Shown here piece by piece: positions 9,844 to 15,247 of a DNA stretch of 19,223 nucleotides (positions are counted from its first letter, which is position 1; each line of letters begins with the position of its first letter). Origin of the DNA: Allobaculum fili. GTDB lineage: Bacteria; Bacillota_I; Bacilli_A; Erysipelotrichales; Erysipelotrichaceae. The stretch spans positions 1 to 19,223 of the forward strand of contig NZ_JAHDSX010000042.1 in the NCBI RefSeq assembly GCF_020969955.1, written 5' to 3'. The notes beneath the pieces are model-generated. The model saw nothing but the letters and a program-made list of their open reading frames with translations. It was not told where the DNA came from and made no database searches. Both the position numbers and the translations under genes were made by a program.

Positions 9844-10560
9844 TTACTCATCGCCCTTCCTAACTGAGTCAGCCGATACGTAAGTATTTTCTATCGGCTT
9901 TTCCCGGTCTGAATTTTGTAAAAAGACAATTCGGGCATTCATATATTCTGCTTCCCGAAGATCATGCGTTGCAAAGACGATTGCGAACCCCATCTGTTTC
10001 TGCAGCTGCAGAAGCGTATCCATAAGCACGTAACGCAGCTTTTCATCCAGCGCATGGAAAGTCTCATCCAGAAGAAGCAGATCCGGATTCTTCATCATGG
10101 CGCGAGCGAGTGCTGTGCGTTTCCGCTGACCAGCTGACAAAGTCCCTGCTTTCTGTTTCAGAAAGGTATCACAGTGAAAAATCGATGCCCAGTTCCTGGC
10201 GGCGTTCGTTCGTAAGGCGCGCGGAATCGTTCCCCAGTCGCATCCCAGACAAATGTTTTCGAGTGTACTGAGACAGGGATACAGCCGATCATCATCAAAT
10301 ACCATGGATACCGTTCCGACTCGATCCAGTGTTCCTTGATTTGGATCAATCAGTCCGGCCAGAACGCGGAGCACGGTACTTTTCCCGATTCCAGAAGGAC
10401 CGCACAGCGCTACTCTTCCTTTACGGCAAACTGTAAGCGAAAAATCTTCAAGGATCGTTTTCCCGCCAAGAGTAACATTGATTTTTTGGGCTGTGATTAA
10501 AGTCTCATAAGAATCATCCTGTTTTTTCTCGATGCCCGTCGTATCGTAGTCCATTTTCAA
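9844..10560 (-). CDS. ABC transporter ATP-binding protein, orphan (no adjacent permease); NitT/TauT-like short form
   Basis: 238 aa. Walker A is GPSGIGKST, the signature is LSAGQRKR, Walker B is LLLLDE and the H-loop is ATHD. The Q-loop position reads MVFDDD instead of MVFQ. The RBS is GAGGAAG. Confidence 0.85.
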   Translation of the reverse strand: MKMDYDTTGIEKKQDDSYETLITAQKINVTLGGKTILEDFSLTVCRKGRVALCGPSGIGKSTVLRVLAGLIDPNQGTLDRVGTVSMVFDDDRLYPCLSTLENICLGCDWGTIPRALRTNAARNWASIFHCDTFLKQKAGTLSAGQRKRTALARAMMKNPDLLLLDETFHALDEKLRYVLMDTLLQLQKQMGFAIVFATHDLREAEYMNARIVFLQNSDREKPIENTYVSADSVRKGDE

Positions 10561-10594
10561 GCTTCCTCATGTTTGTCTATGGAATTACGATAAC

Positions 10595-10619
10595 AAAAAA
10601 GCCCGTCGAGCGGGCTTTT
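10595..10619 (-). terminator. Rho-independent terminator after the lipoprotein gene (looks bidirectional)
   Basis: Stem AGCCCG (10600-10605) pairs with CGGGCT (10611-10616), flanked by an A-run on one side and a T-run on the other. It separates the lipoprotein gene from the ABC gene. Confidence 0.65.
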
Positions 10620-10644
10620 GTATTTCTTTTCAATTATTGCTTTC

Positions 10645-11118
10645 TTACTGGAATCTGAATCCGAACTTTGCAAGATAATCGTAAACCTGATCCATGTTGG
10701 TTTGAGAGATCTCTCTTACGACGATCATGTTGTTGTTCTTTGCATCAAAAGCCACGATTGCATTTACGTAGTTGATGGAGTTGTTGAATACTGCAACGCT
10801 GCCAGCTCCGTTTTCCTGTTCTGCAAGCATGTAGTAATCCGACTGCGTCATAACTGCTTTTTCCTGGTCATAGGCTTCAACAGCACTCATCAGGTCATCA
10901 AAACGAGTAACACTTACATTTGCACCGCCGTCTTCACCAACAGCCTTGAAGCTGACTTTATTGCCATTTTCTGTAACGTCTTCTACCGAATAGCCATAAG
11001 CACCAAATTCCTGAACCGCCGCTTCAGATACCTCGCTGTTTGTCTGGGCTGCTGCAGCGCATCCTGTAAGGGAAAGAACCATAGCCGCTGCGGCAATAGA
11101 TTTTGTAAACTTGTTCAT
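10645..11118 (-). CDS. Small secreted lipoprotein of unknown function
   Basis: 157 aa. The signal peptide carries a lipobox (MNKFTKSIAAAAMVLSLTG|C). The RBS is AAGGAGA. The mature part is acidic and I recognise no family. Confidence 0.7.
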   Translation of the reverse strand: MNKFTKSIAAAAMVLSLTGCAAAAQTNSEVSEAAVQEFGAYGYSVEDVTENGNKVSFKAVGEDGGANVSVTRFDDLMSAVEAYDQEKAVMTQSDYYMLAEQENGAGSVAVFNNSINYVNAIVAFDAKNNNMIVVREISQTNMDQVYDYLAKFGFRFQ

Positions 11119-11484
11119 GTTTTTATGTCTCCTTCTTTATTTCGCCTTTATTATAGGAACTTCCGTGAAGGAGAAAAGAAATTTGGCCTGTTTATTTTAA
11201 GTTTTTCCGGTTGATATCTAACTATAATTTATGTATTCGTTTACATGAGAATTCTTAATGCGAATTTTGCAGATATGTATCCTCTTTCACCTTTCACGCA
11301 TAGCAGAGTTGTCAATAGCGATTAGTCAATTTATTGGATTCTGCGTGAATTTGATCGGTTTTCTGCTGTTTTGCAAATTTATCCAGAAATGGATATGTAC
11401 ATGTTTTTCCAGGCCCAGATATCGGATTCAACAAGTGCTGCTATTTTTGATCGCTTTCTTTCTTCAACGTTTCCGGTGATCAAA

Positions 11485-11513
11485 CTGACATCGTTTATAT
11501 GATTTGCTATAAT
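11485..11513 (+). promoter_or_regulatory. Putative sigma-A promoter of the candidate sRNA
   Basis: CTGACA (11485-11490), a 17-nt spacer, then a perfect TATAAT (11508-11513). Confidence 0.5.
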
Positions 11514-11519
11514 AAAGCC

Positions 11520-11714
11520 GCTCAAGGAATTACATTTTTCCTACATCTGAGATATGGGATTTCGGATGCTCTTGCCGGTGTCGAATACCAGCAATAAGCT
11601 GCTTTTTCGCGGATGAAGCTGGGATCCTAAACGCAATGGCAGAAAACCCACCTGTACATACAACAGGCAAAAATCTCATTTCTTGAGTGACCGGAGTGAT
11701 CCGGTCTTTTTTTT
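11520..11714 (+). ncRNA. Candidate structured sRNA of about 195 nt (6S-like fold is one hypothesis; identity unknown)
   Basis: The unit is bounded by the promoter above and a strong terminator: GACCGGA-GTGA-TCCGGTC (11689-11706) followed by 8 T. It has no credible ORF. The 5' and 3' ends pair (11521-11530 with 11678-11687; 11534-11541 with 11666-11674), enclosing a large 13x15-nt internal loop. It is convergent with rplL. Confidence 0.4.
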
Positions 11715-11740
11715 GCCCTGGTTTTTCCGGCCGAAAGAAA

Positions 11741-11775
11741 AGAGCGAGGCCCCGAAAGGCTTCGCTCTTTTTTTA
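11741..11775 (-). terminator. Rho-independent terminator after rplL (bidirectional appearance)
   Basis: An 11-bp stem (AGAGCGAGGCC with GGCTTCGCTCT, one mismatch) has T-rich tracts following it on both strands. It lies about 45 nt downstream of the rplL stop. Confidence 0.75.
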
Positions 11776-11814
11776 ATTGTGTTAAAAGTAGAATTCGTGC
11801 GTCTGTGGAACCAA

Positions 11815-12186
11815 TTACTTGATTTCGACAGTAGCGCCAGCTTCCATGAGTTTTTCTTTGATCTTTTCTGCTTCATCAGGAGAGATGTTCTCTTTGATAA
11901 CAGCAGGAACAGCATCAACGAGTTTCTTAGCGTCGATCAGACCGAGACCAGTGAGTTCACGTACGGCTTTGATAACCTGTACTTTGGTTCCGCCAACGTT
12001 AGTCATCGTTACGGTTACTTCGCTTGGTTCGTCGTTAGCAGCAGTGTCAGCAGCAGCTGGACCAGCAGCTACAGCAGCAGCTACAACGCCGAATTTTTCT
12101 TCGATTGCTTTTACGAGTTCGTTCAGTTCAAGGATTGTTGCTTCTTCGAGATAGGACAGGATTTCGTCCTGAGTCAGTTTAGCCAT
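11815..12186 (-). CDS. rplL: 50S ribosomal protein L7/L12
   Basis: 123 aa. Starts MAKLTQDEILSYLEEATILELNELVKAIEEKFGV, has an Ala-rich hinge, and ends ...KEKLMEAGATVEIK. Confidence 0.98.
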   Translation of the reverse strand: MAKLTQDEILSYLEEATILELNELVKAIEEKFGVVAAAVAAGPAAADTAANDEPSEVTVTMTNVGGTKVQVIKAVRELTGLGLIDAKKLVDAVPAVIKENISPDEAEKIKEKLMEAGATVEIK

Positions 12187-12203
12187 GTTAAGTTTTCCTC
12201 CAA

Positions 12204-12728
12204 TTACGCTGCAGCTTCTTCTGCAGGGGCTTCGCCTGCCTGACCTTTTTTCTCAGCAAGAGCTTTGATGGTCAGAGCAAACTTGATAACAGGTGCATTC
12301 AGGGTAGATGCAAATTTTGCGAGCATGCCTTCTTTGTTAGGCAGACCAGCGAGAGTTTTGATTGTTGCTTCGTCTACTACGGCACCGTCTACAATGCCGC
12401 TTTTCAGAATCAGCTTGTCGTGAGTTTTTGCGAAATCAGCGAGGACGCGAGCAGGAGCTACCTGATCGTGGCCGAATGCGAGTGCGTTCGGTCCTTTGAG
12501 TGCAGCATCCAGACCGTCGAGGCCAAGCTGTTCAACAGCGCGCTGAGCGATGGTGTTTTTGTAAACCTTCATCTCAACGTTTTCGTTGCGGAGAGCATGT
12601 CGGAGTTCTGTGATCTCCGCTACGGTAAGTCCGCGATACTCAACTACGACAACAGAGCTAGAATCAGAAATCTTTTTCGAGAGCTCAGCAACATCAGCTT
12701 CCTTTTGAGCAAGGACATCTTTGTTCAT
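12204..12728 (-). CDS. rplJ: 50S ribosomal protein L10
   Basis: I placed the start at the internal Met (MNKDVLAQKEADV...). This Met is preceded by RBS AGAGGAAAA. The longer ORF-track start at 12761 has no RBS and would run into the leader hairpin. The product is 174 aa, a typical L10 length. Confidence 0.93.
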   Translation of the reverse strand: MNKDVLAQKEADVAELSKKISDSSSVVVVEYRGLTVAEITELRHALRNENVEMKVYKNTIAQRAVEQLGLDGLDAALKGPNALAFGHDQVAPARVLADFAKTHDKLILKSGIVDGAVVDEATIKTLAGLPNKEGMLAKFASTLNAPVIKFALTIKALAEKKGQAGEAPAEEAAA

Positions 12729-12876
12729 GAGTTTTCCTCTGCTTTCTGTATATTGCATCAATATTCAAAGATAAAGCCCGCGCGTGCGGGCTTGAATGGC
12801 ATATGAAAATAATGCTCTTCAATCCCTCGGTAACATGATTAAGCTTTCGCCGTTACTGTCTTTGGAATATTGAAAC
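12729..12876 (-). promoter_or_regulatory. Ribosomal protein L10 leader-like 5' UTR with terminator/attenuator hairpin
   Basis: A leader of about 148 nt lies between the putative promoter and rplJ. It contains hairpin AAGCCCGC-ACGC-GCGGGCTT (12774-12793), followed on the minus strand by TTATCTTTG. L10(L12)4 autoregulation through such leaders is established in Bacillota. Confidence 0.55.
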
Positions 12877-12882
12877 AATCAA

Positions 12883-12911
12883 ATAGTACGGTTGAAGATT
12901 GCGCTTGTCAA
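12883..12911 (-). promoter_or_regulatory. Putative internal promoter for rplJ-rplL
   Basis: On the minus strand: TTGACA (12911-12906), a 17-nt spacer, then TACTAT (12888-12883). It starts immediately after the rplA stop codon. Confidence 0.55.
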
Positions 12912-13595
12912 TTACTTCATTTCAACATGGATACCAGGACCCATAGTTGTGGAAAGAACAAGGTTCTTCATGTAAGTGCCTTTAACTTTGGATGGACGAG
13001 CTTTTTTGATTACTTCGTAAACTGCGTTGAAGTTTTCAACGAGCTTGTCGTTGTCAAAGGATACTTTTCCGATCAGTACGTTGATGTTGCCGGCTTTGTC
13101 AACACGGTAAGTGATTTTACCTTTTTTAACTTCGTTAACAGCGTTAGCAATATCCATCGTTACTGTACCGGTTTTTGGGTTAGGCATCAGACCTTTAGGT
13201 CCGAGTACGCGTCCCAGACGGCCCAGTTTACCCATCATGTTCGGAGTGGCGATAAGAACATCAAAATCGAACCATCCGCCCTGGATTTTCTGGATCAGTT
13301 CGTCAGAGCCTACAAAATCCGCACCGGCATCCTCAGCTTCTTTTGCTTTGTCGCCTTCAGCAACAACAGCAACGACCTGGGATTTGCCAGTTCCGTTCGG
13401 GAGAACCATTGCGCCGCGGATCTGCTGGTCAGCATGACGCGGGTCAACGTTCAGGTTGAAAGATACTTCAACTGTTTCGTCGAATTTAGCGGAGCTGGCT
13501 TTTTTAGCCAGATCAACAGCTTCTTCAACGGTATATACTTTAGAGCGATCGATCTGATCTTTCGCTGCCGCATAGCGTTTACTTACTTTTGCCAT
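12912..13595 (-). CDS. rplA: 50S ribosomal protein L1
   Basis: 227 aa. Starts [32 protein letters not shown] and contains [21 protein letters not shown]. Confidence 0.98.
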   Translation of the reverse strand: MAKVSKRYAAAKDQIDRSKVYTVEEAVDLAKKASSAKFDETVEVSFNLNVDPRHADQQIRGAMVLPNGTGKSQVVAVVAEGDKAKEAEDAGADFVGSDELIQKIQGGWFDFDVLIATPNMMGKLGRLGRVLGPKGLMPNPKTGTVTMDIANAVNEVKKGKITYRVDKAGNINVLIGKVSFDNDKLVENFNAVYEVIKKARPSKVKGTYMKNLVLSTTMGPGIHVEMK

Positions 13596-13607
13596 TGGTC
13601 TTCCTCC

Positions 13608-14036
13608 TTATCCTTCGTATCCTGTAACTTTGATACCCATGTTCTTTGCAGTACCGGCAATGATCTTCATAGCAGCTTCAATGTCGTTAGCGTTCAGATC
13701 GGGCATTTTGTATTCAGCAATTTCTTTAAGCTGGTCAACAGTGATTGTTCCAGCAGTCTGTTTCTGGTCGCCGCTTGCTTTTGCAACGCCTGCTGCCTTT
13801 TTAATCATCTGAGCAGCCGGAGTTGTTTTCAGCACGAAGTCAAAGCTCTTGTCTTCGTAAGCAGTGATCACAACAGGCACGATATCGCCGCGGCGTTCTT
13901 TGGTTGCATCGTTAAATGCAGAGCAGAACTGCGGCATGTTGATTCCAACACCTGCGAGGCCTGGACCTGGTTTGGCTCCGCCAGCAGGGAACTGGAGTTT
14001 TACAACTTTGGTAATCTTTTTCTTTTTCTTAGCCAT
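13608..14036 (-). CDS. rplK: 50S ribosomal protein L11
   Basis: I placed the start at MAKKKKKITKVVKLQFPAGGAKPGPGLAGVGINMPQFC..., which is preceded by RBS AGGAGGAG. The 69-aa N-terminal extension in the ORF track has no ribosomal-protein character. The product is 142 aa. Confidence 0.95.
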   Translation of the reverse strand: MAKKKKKITKVVKLQFPAGGAKPGPGLAGVGINMPQFCSAFNDATKERRGDIVPVVITAYEDKSFDFVLKTTPAAQMIKKAAGVAKASGDQKQTAGTITVDQLKEIAEYKMPDLNANDIEAAMKIIAGTAKNMGIKVTGYEG

Positions 14037-14113
14037 AAGACTCTCCTCCTGTATTGGTCTTATGCAGTGGTTTACGGACACGAAAGACGCGTCCTCCCAC
14101 GCATGCCTTGAAC

Positions 14114-14142
14114 ATATTACTCGGAAAGAACCTTTTTTGCAA
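14114..14142 (-). promoter_or_regulatory. Putative promoter of rplK-rplA
   Basis: On the minus strand: TTGCAA (14142-14137), a 17-nt spacer, then TAATAT (14119-14114). The leader of about 75 nt contains hairpin GGACGCG-TCTTT-CGTGTCC. Confidence 0.45.
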
Positions 14143-14272
14143 TCGATAGAAATGGGAAAAGAGTGTGAAAAAGCGTCAAAATCCCCCATAGATAGGGCAA
14201 GTTCGATGCTTTCAAATACGTCAGTATCCCAGATCTGGATCACACTGCCATTCTGCAGAGTTTGTATTATAT

Positions 14273-14298
14273 AAAAAAACTCCGGGATCTACCCGGAG
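14273..14298 (-). terminator. Terminator of tRNA-Glu copy 1
   Basis: Stem CTCCGGG (14280-14286) pairs with CCCGGAG (14292-14298). It is followed on the minus strand by 7 T. Confidence 0.75.
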
Positions 14299-14308
14299 GA
14301 ATTTTCAA

Positions 14309-14384
14309 TGGTGACGCGTACGGGATTCGAACCCGTGAATGTATGCGTGAAAGGCATATGAGTTAACCGTTTCTCCAACGCGCC
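14309..14384 (-). tRNA. tRNA-Glu (anticodon UUC), CCA encoded
   Basis: I folded a 76-nt cloverleaf by hand. The acceptor is GGCGCGT with ACGCGTC. The anticodon arm is TATGC-CTTTCAC-GCATA. The T-arm is ACGGG-TTCGAAT-CCCGT. It ends in ACCA. Confidence 0.93.
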
Positions 14385-14469
14385 GTTTGCTTTTTTGCCT
14401 CGATCGGCTTCGTTATAATATCACAATCCAATGCATTTGCAACTAAAAAAGAAAAAATACTTTAAGCAC

Positions 14470-14493
14470 AAAAAAACCCGGATATCTCCGGGT
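14470..14493 (-). terminator. Terminator of tRNA-Glu copy 2
   Basis: Stem ACCCGGA pairs with TCCGGGT (14476-14493). It is followed on the minus strand by 7 T. Confidence 0.75.
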
Positions 14494-14503
14494 GAATTTT
14501 CTA

Positions 14504-14579
14504 TGGTGACGCGTACGGGATTCGAACCCGTGAATGTATGCGTGAAAGGCATATGAGTTAACCGTTTCTCCAACGCGCC
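14504..14579 (-). tRNA. tRNA-Glu (anticodon UUC), second identical copy
   Basis: The sequence is identical to 14309-14384, offset by 195 bp. Confidence 0.93.
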
Positions 14580-14701
14580 GTCGTCTTAGTGCTTAATCAT
14601 AATATCATCTGTTCTATAGAATGCAAATAAAATGTACTCTTCAAAAATAAAAATTTAAGGCCTTCAAATTCTATCAGTTTTTGATATACTTTGACTTGCA
14701 C

Positions 14702-14777
14702 GGGGTGTTAGCTCAGTTGGGAGAGCGCTTGCTTCGCATGCAAGAGGTCAGGGGTTCGAATCCCCTACGCTCCACCA
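14702..14777 (+). tRNA. tRNA-Ala (anticodon CGC), CCA encoded
   Basis: 76-nt cloverleaf. The acceptor is GGGGTGT with ACGCTCC and includes the G3:U70 Ala identity pair. The anticodon loop is TTCGCAT. The T-arm is AGGGG-TTCGAAT-CCCCT. An upstream TGATATACT looks like an extended -10. Confidence 0.93.
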
Positions 14778-14787
14778 CCGAAAACAA

Positions 14788-14830
14788 AAGGTTGCAACAG
14801 ATCAAATCTGCTGCAACCTTTTTGCTTTTG
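14788..14830 (+). terminator. Terminator after tRNA-Ala (usable from both strands)
   Basis: A 15-bp stem, AAGGTTGCAACAGAT with ATCTGCTGCAACCTT, has one mismatch. It is followed by TTTTTGCTTTTG on the plus strand and TTTTGTTTTC on the minus strand. Confidence 0.75.
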
Positions 14831-14888
14831 CTCTCCTTTGCAAGCATTGGGACAGCCAAGAATCGGGTCCCCGTACACTGAGACAGCG

Positions 14889-15038
14889 AGGATCGCTCCC
14901 CCAAATTCTGAGATTCCGTCCATACAGTCTTCACCAAAGGAACGATCGAAGGATCACCCCCGCGGATGCGGGGACAACAGAAATCAAAACCAAAAAGGGC
15001 AGCGACAGACAGGATCTCTCAAGCTCCATGTGGACATC
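14889..15038 (-). CRISPR. Decayed orphan type I-E-like CRISPR mini-array (1 canonical and 2 degenerate repeats, 61-bp period)
   Basis: The minus strand at 14977-14950 reads GTTGTCCCCGCATCCGCGGGGGTGATCC. This has the CCCCGC/GCGGGG stem and the GGGGGTGATCC tail seen in type I-E repeats. Copies start exactly 61 bp away on each side (14889-14916 and 15011-15038). By my hand count they match 17/28, and about 16/28 with one gap. Both keep the GGATC end. The spacers are 33 nt. Confidence 0.45.
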
Positions 15039-15154
15039 ACTTGATGACTGCTTTGCTTATCCCAGTAGTTTCCATGAACATTTTAGCATATCTCTCGTGA
15101 TTTCTATCCTAAAATCAATTTATTTTGATTTTATATGTCATTCATTTCGCCAAT

Positions 15155-15198
15155 AAAAGGCAAAAAGCGCAGGGCACCGGTAGATGGTGACCTGCGCT
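15155..15198 (-). terminator. Rho-independent terminator after the GH84 gene
   Basis: Stem AGCGCAGG (15166-15173) pairs with CCTGCGCT (15191-15198). It is followed on the minus strand by TTTTTGCCTTTT. Confidence 0.6.
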
Positions 15199-15247
15199 TT
15201 AGCGTAACACAAGCTTGTTATTTACTATTTCTTCCCAAAATCAGCGA

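Larger units (their letters stand above)
14299..14581 (-). repeat. Tandem duplication (195-bp period) of a complete tRNA-Glu transcription unit
   Basis: About 87 bp are identical or near-identical (GAATTTTC[A/T]ATGGTGACGCG...CGCGCCGT). Both copies also have similar upstream promoter-like elements on the minus strand (TTGCA[A/T], 16 nt, TATTAT preceded by TGA). Confidence 0.85.

Noticed and set aside
11258-11479. A 73-aa plus-strand ORF in the spacer between the lipoprotein gene and the candidate sRNA.
   Set aside because: It has no SD upstream of the ATG. The translation is rich in Phe/Cys/Ile/Leu, as expected for an AT-rich intergenic region. It ends before the sRNA promoter.
11554-11616. 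A 20-aa ORF (MGFRMLLPVSNTSNKLLFRG) inside the candidate sRNA.
   Set aside because: It has no SD and is too short. It is more simply explained as chance within a structured RNA.
14037-14243. The 69-aa N-terminal extension of the rplK ORF (start at 14243), and the 11-aa extension of rplJ (start at 12761).
   Set aside because: The canonical L11 and L10 N-termini begin at internal Met codons that have strong SD sequences. The extensions overlap predicted promoter and leader elements and have no ribosomal-protein similarity.
14859-14887. A possible fourth degenerate CRISPR repeat (AGAATCGGGTCCCCGTACACTGAGACAGC, about 17/29 matches). The same segment also resembles a partial copy of the tRNA-Ala 3' end (GAATC..CCCC.TAC.CT), which would suggest an att-site remnant.
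   Set aside because: It abuts the next repeat with no spacer, so it breaks the 61-bp register. One short segment fits two unrelated templates about equally well, which shows that matches at this level are not discriminating. I treat it as unassigned.
14681-15044. ORFs at 14681-14881 (+), 14713-14937 (-) and 14838-15044 (+).
   Set aside because: They run through the tRNA-Ala gene, its terminator and the CRISPR-like repeats. They have no RBS and are spurious.
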